DNA of 64,000 bases from Elusimicrobiales bacterium. Lineage in GTDB: Bacteria; Elusimicrobiota; Elusimicrobia; Elusimicrobiales; UBA9959. Of the stretch, positions 41,607 to 51,393 are shown in pieces (the first letter of the stretch is position 1; every line of letters begins with the position of its first letter). Under the pieces are notes generated by a model. That model had not been told where the DNA came from. It was given only the letters and a program-made list of their open reading frames with translations, and ran no database searches. The DNA lies in the NCBI GenBank assembly GCA_049972095.1, contig JBMFKQ010000004.1, forward strand, positions 1 through 64,000. Reading direction: 5' to 3'. Both the position numbers and the translations under genes were made by a program.

Positions 41607-42374
41607 TCAATGTTGAGTTCTATTTAGAGTTTTTAGCCAATTAATGACGAAATACCAGATATTCCCGTAAAACTCATGAATGAAAACAGATGAGTATCTG
41701 AAATCACCAGGTAAAAAATCAAGATATGAAAAATTGCTGCACATATATGATGAAGGATAGAGAGAAAACTTAATTCCTTTTTTATCCAAAAGATATGCTA
41801 TTCTTGGCAGATGAATAGCATCGCTTACAGCAATAATCTTTTTAAAACCTTTTTTCTTACATATCTTGCTAATCATCTCAACATTTTCTAATGTATCCTT
41901 TGATGATGTGTCTTGATGAATCCTTTCAGCATCAACCCCAATCGATTGAAGTAGTAATGAGGACTCATAGCCAAAGGATCTTTGATTTAAAACATAACCG
42001 CCACTGACTATTACATCTATATGCTTTTTTTGATAAACTCTATATGCTGCAAAAATTCTTTGTGCTGAAATAGAATCAACAGAATACGAAGCAGAAATCT
42101 TATCTAAAAAAAAAGATACCCCCCCTCCAAAAACAGCAATAACATCCCCCTCATCAGAAGATCTTTCATAAATCTTTTCTTCAATCCTGCATATCAGATA
42201 CTTCCAAAGAAAATTGGACGAAAAAAGATAAATAAAAAAAGCAAAGAATGCAGAGAGACAAAAGCTATATTTGTTCTTTTTAAAAATTGATAAAACCAAA
42301 GAAAAAATTGACAAGAGGAAAAGAAAACCACCTGGAAGAAGAAATGCTGATATAATTTTTTTGATCTCAAACAT
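41607..42374 (-). CDS. YdcF/ElyC (DUF218) family protein
   Basis: N-terminal TM helices, VFGGG, VIVSGG, SKDTLEN, SDAIHLPR, HE. Confidence 0.9.
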   Translation of the reverse strand: MFEIKKIISAFLLPGGFLFLLSIFSLVLSIFKKNKYSFCLSAFFAFFIYLFSSNFLWKYLICRIEEKIYERSSDEGDVIAVFGGGVSFFLDKISASYSVDSISAQRIFAAYRVYQKKHIDVIVSGGYVLNQRSFGYESSLLLQSIGVDAERIHQDTSSKDTLENVEMISKICKKKGFKKIIAVSDAIHLPRIAYLLDKKGIKFSLYPSSYMCSNFSYLDFLPGDFRYSSVFIHEFYGNIWYFVINWLKTLNRTQH

Positions 42375-43857
42375 AGATTATCAAGTAGGTTACAGATAGG
42401 TATACCAAAGCTGTCAGATATGATATATATTTTGATGAAAACATAAGGGTTAAAAAGGCATATAGACAGAAGCATGAAACAAGGTTTGTAAAGTTGATAC
42501 CAAATGTGTAAGAGCATATAACAAGAGATGCTGAGTAAATGAATGTTATAACAGAAAGGCTAAATAACGAATCTATAAAAAGGTTATTGAATCTTTTAAA
42601 TATGTTATCTGAGTAAAGATCAAATACATAGAAGAAAAAAACAGCAATCACAACAGAAAAAAAGCTGTAACTATCTGAATAACCAAAATAAAGGACAAGA
42701 TAATCATATGCTATTTTAAAGCCAAGTCCTGATGAAAGAACTGCAAGGAGAAACATATTCTTAAAAGACACAACATCACACTCAATTCTCTCAAATGAAG
42801 AATTATTCTGTATAAAATAAACAAGATAATTATAATCTCTATGTTTAGCAGTTAAGTAGAAAAAGGGAATTAAAAGCATAAGATTGAAAATTACAAAGCG
42901 CTCATAGTTCATTGATGTATTGAATATGTAAAACATTTTGCTTAAGAAAAAAAAGAATATGATAATAAAAAATGACATAAATGCATAATATCTCTCAAAT
43001 ACATCTCCCTTTACAAATACGAAAAGCATGGAAAAATAAAGTATAGCTGCAGGCAGAACAAAGAATAGATTTGAATAACTATGATATGACATATAAAAAA
43101 GTATCGCAGGATAAAAAAGTGTAAGGGATAGTCCAAAAGGTATTTTAAAATAATATTTTTTGTAGTTATCTGGGAGAAAAACAGATGCAGCTTCATTAAT
43201 CATAGCACAGATAAAAAAAACTGATATTGCATCAAAAACATATCTTACATCCGATGGCATAAGATACTTTAAGCCAAATAAAGCAGTTAAAATCATTATG
43301 AGAGATATAGATGAAGAGGTTATAAAATAAACAATCTTAGAATATCTTTTCTCAAAGGCTGAGTATGCAAGAAAGGATAAAAAAACTGCACCTAAAAAAA
43401 TAACAGGATAGTCAAAATCTATTCCTTTTTTAAAATAAAGCAAAATAAGTGCTGAATATACTGCAAAGACAACAAAGAGTTTTGAAACCACAAAGATATC
43501 TCTCACCAAATACCTCTTATCAGAAAAGACAAAAGGATAGATAATCTTTAAAAGATTAAAAGAGATAAAAACATCCGCAGATAAAAAAATAAAAAAGAGC
43601 AATGAACCATATATTAGAATAAATGAGAAGTCTTTTCTGATAAAAAAAATAAAAACAGCAAAAATAAAAACAAAGATAAAAAGAGGTATAAGCCTTCTTA
43701 TTAAAAACTCACCAAAAAGCTCTTTTAATGAGTAAATTGTAATCTCGTATTCTTGTGGTGCAGTGGTTTTTAAAGATGAAGATACTTTGAAATATCTAAC
43801 CGCTGCATACAAACTGGCTATGGCGGCAAGAGATATGTATAAAATAAAATGCAGCAA
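42367..43857 (-). CDS. polytopic membrane protein, probable catalytically dead membrane-pyrophosphatase paralog
   Basis: About 16 hydrophobic segments spaced like mPPase helices but without the acidic loops; GAGGA SD and TTG start 3 nt after the hppA stop. The CDS is confident, the homology is inferred. Confidence 0.7.
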   Translation of the reverse strand: MLHFILYISLAAIASLYAAVRYFKVSSSLKTTAPQEYEITIYSLKELFGEFLIRRLIPLFIFVFIFAVFIFFIRKDFSFILIYGSLLFFIFLSADVFISFNLLKIIYPFVFSDKRYLVRDIFVVSKLFVVFAVYSALILLYFKKGIDFDYPVIFLGAVFLSFLAYSAFEKRYSKIVYFITSSSISLIMILTALFGLKYLMPSDVRYVFDAISVFFICAMINEAASVFLPDNYKKYYFKIPFGLSLTLFYPAILFYMSYHSYSNLFFVLPAAILYFSMLFVFVKGDVFERYYAFMSFFIIIFFFFLSKMFYIFNTSMNYERFVIFNLMLLIPFFYLTAKHRDYNYLVYFIQNNSSFERIECDVVSFKNMFLLAVLSSGLGFKIAYDYLVLYFGYSDSYSFFSVVIAVFFFYVFDLYSDNIFKRFNNLFIDSLFSLSVITFIYSASLVICSYTFGINFTNLVSCFCLYAFLTLMFSSKYISYLTALVYLSVTYLIIYV

Positions 43858-43860
43858 GAT

Positions 43861-46224
43861 TTAATCCTCTTTTATTCTCATTCTATAAAAGCTTCTCCAG
43901 ATAAATATAACAGAAAGTACAAAGAAGATAATGAAAAGAATAAATCTTGTTCTGTTATTAAGCTCTATTGCAAGCTCAACAGCAAGAAGTCCAAAAAGTG
44001 TTGTGAATTTGATTATTGGGTTCATAGAAACTGATGCAGTATCCTTAAATGGATCACCAACAGTATCTCCAACAACAGTTGCAGCATGAAGTTCAGTTCC
44101 TTTAGCATTCAACTCTGTCTCAACAAGCTTTTTAGCATTGTCCCATGCAGCACCAGCATTTGCCATAAAAACTGCCTGAAAAAGACCAAAGAGTGCTATT
44201 GATATAAGATAACCTATAAACAAATAATGGTTCAGGCAAGCATAGGCAAGCGTTGCAAAGAAGACAGCAAGAAATATATTAAACATACCCCTTTGGGCAT
44301 AAACAGTGCATATTTCAACCACCTTCTTTGAATCTGATACACTTGCTTTTGTAACCCCATCAAGCTTTATATTCTTCTTAATAAACTCTGTTGCTCTGTA
44401 AGCACCTGTGGTTACTGCCTGATTTGATGCACCACTAAACCAATATATCATTGCCCCACCAACTATAAGTCCAAGGAAGAAATAAGGATTAAGTATTGAA
44501 AGTCCTTCAGTAGCACCTGCTTCTCCATATTTTATTCTCAAAACCTGAATTATTGAAAATATCAAAGTTGTTGCTCCCACAACAGCAGTTCCTATTAAAA
44601 CTGGTTTTGCAGTTGCCTTGAATGTGTTTCCGGCACCGTCATTTTCCTCAAGATATATCTTTGAGTTAAAATCCGGCTCAAAACCATAGCTCTTTTTAAT
44701 ATCCTGCTTTATGTTTGGTATATTCTCTATGGTTGAAAGCTCATATATTGATTGGGCATTGTCTGTGACAGGACCATAGGAATCAACAGCAATTGTTACA
44801 GGACCCATACCAAGAAAACCAAATGCAACAAGGCCAAAAGCAAAGACAGTTGGATTTACCATAATAGCATCAAGTCCGAGTCTGCTTACATAATATGCAA
44901 TAGCCATAAGAAAAACTATAGCAATACCAAGCCAGTATGATGAAAAATTTCCAGCCACAAAGCCCGAAAGTATATTAAGTGATGCGCCTCCTTCCTTTGA
45001 GGCATTCAGGACCTCCTTAACATGCTTTGACTTCGTTGATGTAAAAACCTTAACAAACTCAGGTATAATTGCACCTGCAAGAGTTCCACAGGTTATTATG
45101 GTGGCAAGCTTGTACCAATATGTGTTATCTCCTCCAAGCTCTGGTATTATAAGACAGCTCAAGATGTATGTCATTATTATTGAGATAAAAGATGTAAGCC
45201 ACACAAGCGATGTTAGTGGAAGCTCAAAATTAAGATGCCTTTCATCTTCATACCTTGATTTAAAATAAAAACCATTAATCCAGTAAGACACAATACTTGT
45301 TATTATCATTGCTATACGCATTACAAATATCCATACAAGAAGCTGTATCTGAACTACAGGATCTTTCACTGCAAGAAGTATAAAGGTTATGAGAGCAACT
45401 CCTGTAACACCATATGTCTCAAAGCCATCAGCAGTCGGACCAACAGAATCACCGGCATTGTCTCCGGTACAATCTGCAATAACACCCGGATTTCTTGCAT
45501 CATCCTCTTTTATCTTGAATATTATCTTCATCAGATCTGAGCCAATATCAGCAATCTTAGTAAATATTCCTCCCGCTATTCTAAGCGCCGCAGCTCCAAG
45601 CGATTCTCCAATAGCAAAGCCTATAAAGCAGGGACCTGAGTATTCACCTGGAATGAAAAGAAGTATGATAAGCATTATTATTAGCTCCACGCTTATAAGA
45701 AGAGTTCCTATGCTTATGCCTGCCCTAAGAGGAATATCCATAGCAGGATATGGATATCCCTTAAGCACAGCAAAAGCTGTTCTTGAGTTTGCATAGGTAT
45801 TCATTCTCATACCAAACCAGGCAACGCTATAAGAGCCCAAAATTCCTACAACACTAAATAAAAGGATTATAAAGACTTTTTCAGCTGTAAAATGCATAAG
45901 ATATCCAAAATAGAAAAGGATTATAACCGCAACAAAACACCACAAGATAAAAAGAAACCTTCCCTGAGTTAGAAGGTATGTTTTACAGGTTTCATATATC
46001 AATTCTGATACCTCAAGCATCGCTTTATGAACTGGAAGTTTTCTAACATTTGCAAAGTGATAGAGTCCAAAAAGCATTCCTCCAAAACACACAACTATAC
46101 CCCAAATAAGAAGACTATGCCCTGTGAAAGGACCAAAGTTGACTGTTGATAGATCAGGCACAATAAGATTTGCCTCACTTGCTGAAAGAGCCTGTACAAA
46201 AACAGATACAATCTTCATCATCAT
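43861..46224 (-). CDS. hppA: membrane-bound ion-pumping pyrophosphatase, divergent K+-independent type
   Basis: GGIFTKIADIGSDLMK, EDDARNPGVIADCTGDNAGD, DSYGPVTDNA, GNTFKA, AWDNAKK, GDTVGDPFKD. Confidence 0.97.
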   Translation of the reverse strand: MMMKIVSVFVQALSASEANLIVPDLSTVNFGPFTGHSLLIWGIVVCFGGMLFGLYHFANVRKLPVHKAMLEVSELIYETCKTYLLTQGRFLFILWCFVAVIILFYFGYLMHFTAEKVFIILLFSVVGILGSYSVAWFGMRMNTYANSRTAFAVLKGYPYPAMDIPLRAGISIGTLLISVELIIMLIILLFIPGEYSGPCFIGFAIGESLGAAALRIAGGIFTKIADIGSDLMKIIFKIKEDDARNPGVIADCTGDNAGDSVGPTADGFETYGVTGVALITFILLAVKDPVVQIQLLVWIFVMRIAMIITSIVSYWINGFYFKSRYEDERHLNFELPLTSLVWLTSFISIIMTYILSCLIIPELGGDNTYWYKLATIITCGTLAGAIIPEFVKVFTSTKSKHVKEVLNASKEGGASLNILSGFVAGNFSSYWLGIAIVFLMAIAYYVSRLGLDAIMVNPTVFAFGLVAFGFLGMGPVTIAVDSYGPVTDNAQSIYELSTIENIPNIKQDIKKSYGFEPDFNSKIYLEENDGAGNTFKATAKPVLIGTAVVGATTLIFSIIQVLRIKYGEAGATEGLSILNPYFFLGLIVGGAMIYWFSGASNQAVTTGAYRATEFIKKNIKLDGVTKASVSDSKKVVEICTVYAQRGMFNIFLAVFFATLAYACLNHYLFIGYLISIALFGLFQAVFMANAGAAWDNAKKLVETELNAKGTELHAATVVGDTVGDPFKDTASVSMNPIIKFTTLFGLLAVELAIELNNRTRFILFIIFFVLSVIFIWRSFYRMRIKED

Positions 46225-46258
46225 TTCCTCCTAACTAAAAATAAAACCTCTTTCTAAA

Positions 46259-46287
46259 AATATACAAAAATTTCCTTCAAAAATCAA
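46259..46287 (-). promoter_or_regulatory. putative sigma70 promoter of hppA
   Basis: TTGATT-17 nt-TATATT on the minus strand, upstream of AGGAGG SD. Confidence 0.5.
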
Positions 46288-46374
46288 ACAGCTTGAGATA
46301 TCCATACTTTGTTGCAAATAGGAAGGAATTTTGAAGTTTTAAGGTATTAACCTTTATCTTCCACCTGCAAACCA

Positions 46375-47133
46375 TTATAAAAATCTCTTTATAACATCAC
46401 TTGTTATCTCATAAACAGATGATATTTTATCAATATTTGCATAAAACTCATTAGAGCTAAAATTTAAGCAAATACTCCCGTTCTTCATAAAAAGCATCTG
46501 ATCAAAATAATAAGATGCTGCTTTGAGATCATGCATAACAGCTATCACTGTTAGTTTTTCATTAATAACCATTTCTTTTAGCATTGAAAGGATCTCAATC
46601 CGATGTTTTATATCAAGATGTGATGTCGGTTCATCAACAAGAATAATAGATGTTTTTTGAACAGCTGCCTGTGCTATTAATACCATCTGCCTTTCTCCGT
46701 TTGAAAGCTCATTTATTCTCCTATTGAACAGATGCTCTATTCTCATAGCTCTTGCCACATCATAAATTAAATCAATGTCCTCATCACTGTAGAATGAAAA
46801 AAAGCTATGAAAACGCCTTCTTCCCATAAGAAGTATATCCTTGACATAAAAATCAAAATAAAAAAAAGTATCACCACAAACATATGAAACAAGTTTTGAT
46901 AATTCAACCTCATTGAGAAGTTTTAGCTCAGCATAAGAGTTATCCTTTCTTATCCTGACACTCCCTAAATAGTTCTTGTATATGCCTGAGATTATCTTAA
47001 GAAAAGTTGTTTTACCACAACCATTTGGTCCACAGAGTGCATAAAACCTACCACCTTCAAAATCAAAATTTAGTCCATTTAGGACCTTAATTCCTCTAAT
47101 ATATTCAAACGACAATCCAGAGATTTTTATCAT
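46375..47133 (-). CDS. ABC transporter ATPase (FecE/BtuD type)
   Basis: GPNGCGKTT, LSNGERQ, DEPTSHLD, HD. Confidence 0.93.
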   Translation of the reverse strand: MIKISGLSFEYIRGIKVLNGLNFDFEGGRFYALCGPNGCGKTTFLKIISGIYKNYLGSVRIRKDNSYAELKLLNEVELSKLVSYVCGDTFFYFDFYVKDILLMGRRRFHSFFSFYSDEDIDLIYDVARAMRIEHLFNRRINELSNGERQMVLIAQAAVQKTSIILVDEPTSHLDIKHRIEILSMLKEMVINEKLTVIAVMHDLKAASYYFDQMLFMKNGSICLNFSSNEFYANIDKISSVYEITSDVIKRFL

Positions 47134-48062
47134 TTAAAAGCCCTTTTCACAACACTAAGATAGATAAAGAAAATTGAGCCAGCTATGGATGTGAATACCC
47201 CGGGCGGAATTTCAATAGGATAGAAAAAAAGCCTCGATGTTATACTTGATATTAAAAGCATAGAAGAACCAACTATCATACTCATTAAAAGTCTCTTTTC
47301 TTCACACAAGCTTCTAAATAAAAGCCTTGTTATATGTGGGCTCATAAGCCCAACAAAACCTATTATCCCTGACAAAGAAACTGATAAGGAAGAAAGTGCA
47401 GAAGAAAAAAGGAGTGATAAAAATACAACCCTGTTTCTGTTTATCCCAAGTGTCAGCGATTTATCCTCATGAAAGGCAATTATCTTTATATCCTTCATCA
47501 TTATAAAAACAAACAGAACTGAAAAAACACCAGCTATTAAAGAGTAAACTATACTTCTCCAATCAGAGTATGAAAAACTCCCAAAGCTTATATGAAGAAA
47601 GCTCAGCGAGTTTTCCTTTGAAAATATAACTCCAAGAACAATAATAGAGAGTATAAATGAATTGACAGCAACACCACTCAACAGTATGTTTCCGGGAATT
47701 TTTGATGCCCTTGATATCATTATGGATAGATATGTTGATATGAATGCAAGAGATATTACAATAAAAAAATAACCACAAGATGATGATGACACTCCAAGCA
47801 AAATAGACAATATTATACCCAACATAGCACCACTTGATGTCCCGACTATAAACGGATCTGCAAGTGGATTTCTTGTTATCATCTGAACAATATATCCTGC
47901 TGATGAGAGAAATGCGCCTGTAAAAAAAATAGATATACTTCTGGGAATTCTTAGATCAAGTATAATCTCCTTATCATAATAGGGTAGATAAAGATCAATT
48001 AAAAAAAGCAGGATAAAAAAAATAATTAAAAAAACAATTTTTATTTTTTCACCTTTCATCAA
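47130..48062 (-). CDS. ABC transporter permease (FecCD/BtuC family)
   Basis: LRIPR, RNPLADP, SGIIGFVGL, EIPPGVFT. Confidence 0.93.
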   Translation of the reverse strand: MMKGEKIKIVFLIIFFILLFLIDLYLPYYDKEIILDLRIPRSISIFFTGAFLSSAGYIVQMITRNPLADPFIVGTSSGAMLGIILSILLGVSSSSCGYFFIVISLAFISTYLSIMISRASKIPGNILLSGVAVNSFILSIIVLGVIFSKENSLSFLHISFGSFSYSDWRSIVYSLIAGVFSVLFVFIMMKDIKIIAFHEDKSLTLGINRNRVVFLSLLFSSALSSLSVSLSGIIGFVGLMSPHITRLLFRSLCEEKRLLMSMIVGSSMLLISSITSRLFFYPIEIPPGVFTSIAGSIFFIYLSVVKRAFK

Positions 48063-48068
48063 TCAAAA

Positions 48069-48881
48069 TCACTGAAAAATCTTTCTTAGGTTTTGCACAA
48101 TACCAACAATTCTGGGAGTAGGTCTTGATATAATCTCTCTTTCGTATTCAGAAAATTTATAAACCTTTGAATTCTTAATGGCAGAGACTTTTTGCCAGGA
48201 TATAAGAGACTTAAACTCATCTGGATTTCTTGATGAGACTATAAGAATAACATCCGGATTTCTTCTTACAATCTCTTCCCAGTTTGTTTTAAAATATCCA
48301 AGCTTCACATCATTAAATATATTAACACCACCAGCCTTTAATATAACATCAGATATAAATGACTCACTGCCGCATGTCCAGAAATCATAATCTAAATCAA
48401 CATATACTTTTTTAAAACTCTTTGGCTTCAATCCATCTTTGAGTTTTTTTTTCATAGTATTTATTATCTCTAACGCTCTGTCATTTTTGTTGATATATCT
48501 TGCTATCGTTTCTATTGTGATATATATATCCTCCAGCTTTTTCTCCTGTGGTATAACAACTATCTTTATATTTCTTTTCAAAGCAAGTTTTTTTATAACA
48601 TCATTTTTCCAATCACCCATAAATATTATATCTGGCTTGAGTCTATATATCATCTCCTTATCTGGATTTAGATAATCCCCAACCTTTGTTATCATTTGTG
48701 CCTGGGGCGGATAATTGCAAAAATTTGTAACACCAACAAGATTATTTCCTCCCCCAAGTTCAAATATTATCTCGGTATATGATGGAAGTAGTGAAATAAC
48801 CCTTTTGTGTGTTAAAGACTGCGGAAAAACCCAGCATGATAAAAAGAAAAGATGACTAAATAAAACTATAAAAGATCTCAT
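48069..48881 (-). CDS. helical-backbone metal/cobalamin-binding protein (BtuF-like)
   Basis: ISLLPSYTEI, VGVTNFCNYP, AGGVNIF, RPTPR. Confidence 0.9.
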   Translation of the reverse strand: MRSFIVLFSHLFFLSCWVFPQSLTHKRVISLLPSYTEIIFELGGGNNLVGVTNFCNYPPQAQMITKVGDYLNPDKEMIYRLKPDIIFMGDWKNDVIKKLALKRNIKIVVIPQEKKLEDIYITIETIARYINKNDRALEIINTMKKKLKDGLKPKSFKKVYVDLDYDFWTCGSESFISDVILKAGGVNIFNDVKLGYFKTNWEEIVRRNPDVILIVSSRNPDEFKSLISWQKVSAIKNSKVYKFSEYEREIISRPTPRIVGIVQNLRKIFQ

Positions 48882-49606
48882 AGTCTCAATGCTATTTCAT
48901 AGATATCAGAATAGCATTTTGTGTTTTTTATCTTCTCTATATCTCCAATGGCAGCATCAATACTACTATCATACCTTATTTTCATATCAGCCTTATCCTT
49001 AACCATATTCTCAATCTCAATTATCTCATATCCTTTTTCTTTGTAAATCACTATCATCCTGTTATAGACCTCAAGAGAAAGCGGTGAAGGAGTTCTTACT
49101 GCAATTACTTTAAACCTCTTTATTAGATTAATAACATCAAAAGCAACATCATAAAAACCAGCCGGCATGTCAACAATTAGATAATCAAGCCTTCCCCATC
49201 TTGTAATAGTAAGAATCTCTTTTATGGCATCAGATATTGAACCTCCTCTTAATGCAACTGCTTTTTGCAAGATTTTGGAGTTAGGATGAATCTCGTTATG
49301 ATAAAGAGAGTTTGAGAAGAATTGAAAACTCATAAAGGAAATACCATAAACCACAGGCGCAATTATTCCATTTTCCTCATAAGGATAGATGTCATAAACC
49401 CCAAGAATTCTATGACAGCTAAAAGATGTTATATCAAGGTCAAGAAGCCCAACCTTATAACCTCTATCTGAAAGTGCAATGGATAAAAAAGTTGCTACAA
49501 TACTCTTCCCAATCCCTCCCTTAAATCCACTAACAAGGTAGATTTTCCTAATATCTTTAAGGTTATCATCTATTAAAGCAATTCTTGGATCTATATTCTT
49601 AACCAT
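48878..49606 (-). CDS. hypB: Mrp/MinD-family ATPase, ATP-type HypB nickel-insertion protein
   Basis: KGGIGKS deviant Walker A, IDPR N-terminus, TITRWGRLDYLIVDMP; no ApbC CxxC; directly after hypA. Confidence 0.8.
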   Translation of the reverse strand: MVKNIDPRIALIDDNLKDIRKIYLVSGFKGGIGKSIVATFLSIALSDRGYKVGLLDLDITSFSCHRILGVYDIYPYEENGIIAPVVYGISFMSFQFFSNSLYHNEIHPNSKILQKAVALRGGSISDAIKEILTITRWGRLDYLIVDMPAGFYDVAFDVINLIKRFKVIAVRTPSPLSLEVYNRMIVIYKEKGYEIIEIENMVKDKADMKIRYDSSIDAAIGDIEKIKNTKCYSDIYEIALRL

Positions 49607-49607
49607 T

Positions 49608-50006
49608 CTATTTCACCTCTTTAGAATGAGTTTCCACAGCAAGGCTAACCCCTCTACCATCAACTATATCAAAATCAACACTCATACATCTTGGGCATCT
49701 TGTAAATGCCTTTACCATCTCTGGAATAAAATGGATATTTTCCCTTTCTTTTTCATCATTAAGTTTAATATCCTTCATAGTAAATCTAAAACCACAACCT
49801 CTACATTCAAAAAGAGCAGATACATTCTCTATTTCATACTCAAAACTAAGGTTTTTTTGTTTCATTATCTCAGCGATTGCAAAATTAAAGATCTCCTTAT
49901 CAATGCTTTGAAGCTCACCAAGAAGTATTTTTATCCTTTTCCCCTTTAACTCATCATTGGTTTCAACGCTTCTAACTACACTTTCTGCTAAAGCCCATTC
50001 ATGCAT
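49608..50006 (-). CDS. hypA: hydrogenase nickel incorporation protein HypA
   Basis: N-terminal MHE, LGELQ, CRGC and CPRC, IHFIPE insert, GRG. Confidence 0.95.
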   Translation of the reverse strand: MHEWALAESVVRSVETNDELKGKRIKILLGELQSIDKEIFNFAIAEIMKQKNLSFEYEIENVSALFECRGCGFRFTMKDIKLNDEKERENIHFIPEMVKAFTRCPRCMSVDFDIVDGRGVSLAVETHSKEVK

Positions 50007-50047
50007 CATCCCTCCCTTTAATCAGATGACTGTTATTTTTATCCCTA

Positions 50048-51388
50048 TCATCTCACAGTTACGCTCAAATACATCGGTTCTCCATCTCTTATCATATCAA
50101 AAAGAACACCCTCAGATAAATCAACAGTTGAAAAAAACTTCACCATATCATCATAGCTCTTAAATCCCTTATTGTTAATCTTCAATATCTCATCCCCTTC
50201 TTTAAGATATCCTTTTAGAGGCGAGTTTGGCAAAATCTCTTTGACAACACAATAACCATCAGAGTAGACAAAAATCACTCCTTTAAACTCATACTCACCA
50301 GAAGATTTTGCACCACTAATACCTCTCTCTATATTAAGAAGCTCTTTATCAGATGGCCTTGGAGCTAAAACAGCTGTTGTTGTTCTTTCTTTTCCATCTC
50401 TAACATACTTTATCTCAACCTTATCACCGGGATTTTTGTAATATATCCTCATAACAAGATCCTCATCATTATCAACATCTTCTCCATCTAAGGATACTAT
50501 TATATCACCTCTTGCAAGCCCTGCCTTCTGAGCGGGTGAATTCCTATAAACCTTATTTATTATTCCACCCTTAGGAAGATTGTATGAAAAATATCTGTTC
50601 ATAATAGCATCAGTTGGAAGAAGAGAGATTCCAAGCCATGCTCTTTTTACCTTCTTACCATACACAACCTCATCAACAACCTGTCTCACCTTCCAAGCAG
50701 GTATGGCAAAACCAATACCTGCAAAAGCACCACTTGGAGAATATATAGCTGAATTTATACCAACAACCCTACCATTTATATCAACAAGCGGACCGCCAGA
50801 GTTCCCCTGGTTTATTGCCGCATCAGTTTGAATAAGATTGTTGTAGATCCTTCCCTCAATCTTGAGATTGACATCCTTTGAGGATACTATACCCATAGTA
50901 TATGTCTGCTTAAAGCCAAAAGGATAACCAACAGCAAAAACTAAATCCCCTATATTTACAGCTGATGTAGAAAACTCAAGATATGGAAATTTTCTCCCTT
51001 TACCATCTATCTTAAGCACTGCTATATCAAGTGCAGGCTCGCCACCAATGTATCTGGCAATGTATGATGTTTTTTTACCTTCATCATTCACCTCAATATT
51101 TATCTCATCAGCACCTCTTATAACATGATCATTAGTTACTACATAGCCATCCTGAGTTATAATAACACCAGAACCTATTCCAGAAACCTCAAATCTGTAA
51201 ATCTTCTCCATTGGAAAACCAAAGAAAAACTCAGGCTCTATAACGCTTATCTTACCTTCCTTTACAACCCTAACACTAACAACAGCCTTCTTTGTTTTTT
51301 CGATAATCGAGCCTATCTCTCCTTGAAGAAATGAAAGATTAACCCCAGCACATAGATTAATGGTTAAAATTATTGAGATAAGACTCAT
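50048..51388 (-). CDS. htrA: HtrA/DegP serine protease with two PDZ domains
   Basis: GSGVII, TNDHV, QTDAAINQGNSGGPL, SPAQKAGL. Confidence 0.95.
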   Translation of the reverse strand: MSLISIILTINLCAGVNLSFLQGEIGSIIEKTKKAVVSVRVVKEGKISVIEPEFFFGFPMEKIYRFEVSGIGSGVIITQDGYVVTNDHVIRGADEINIEVNDEGKKTSYIARYIGGEPALDIAVLKIDGKGRKFPYLEFSTSAVNIGDLVFAVGYPFGFKQTYTMGIVSSKDVNLKIEGRIYNNLIQTDAAINQGNSGGPLVDINGRVVGINSAIYSPSGAFAGIGFAIPAWKVRQVVDEVVYGKKVKRAWLGISLLPTDAIMNRYFSYNLPKGGIINKVYRNSPAQKAGLARGDIIVSLDGEDVDNDEDLVMRIYYKNPGDKVEIKYVRDGKERTTTAVLAPRPSDKELLNIERGISGAKSSGEYEFKGVIFVYSDGYCVVKEILPNSPLKGYLKEGDEILKINNKGFKSYDDMVKFFSTVDLSEGVLFDMIRDGEPMYLSVTVR

Positions 51389-51393
51389 ATCTA

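Noticed and set aside
48878..49606. ApbC/Mrp Fe-S carrier
   Set aside because: Lacks the C-terminal CxxC, and its position beside hypA fits ATP-type HypB better
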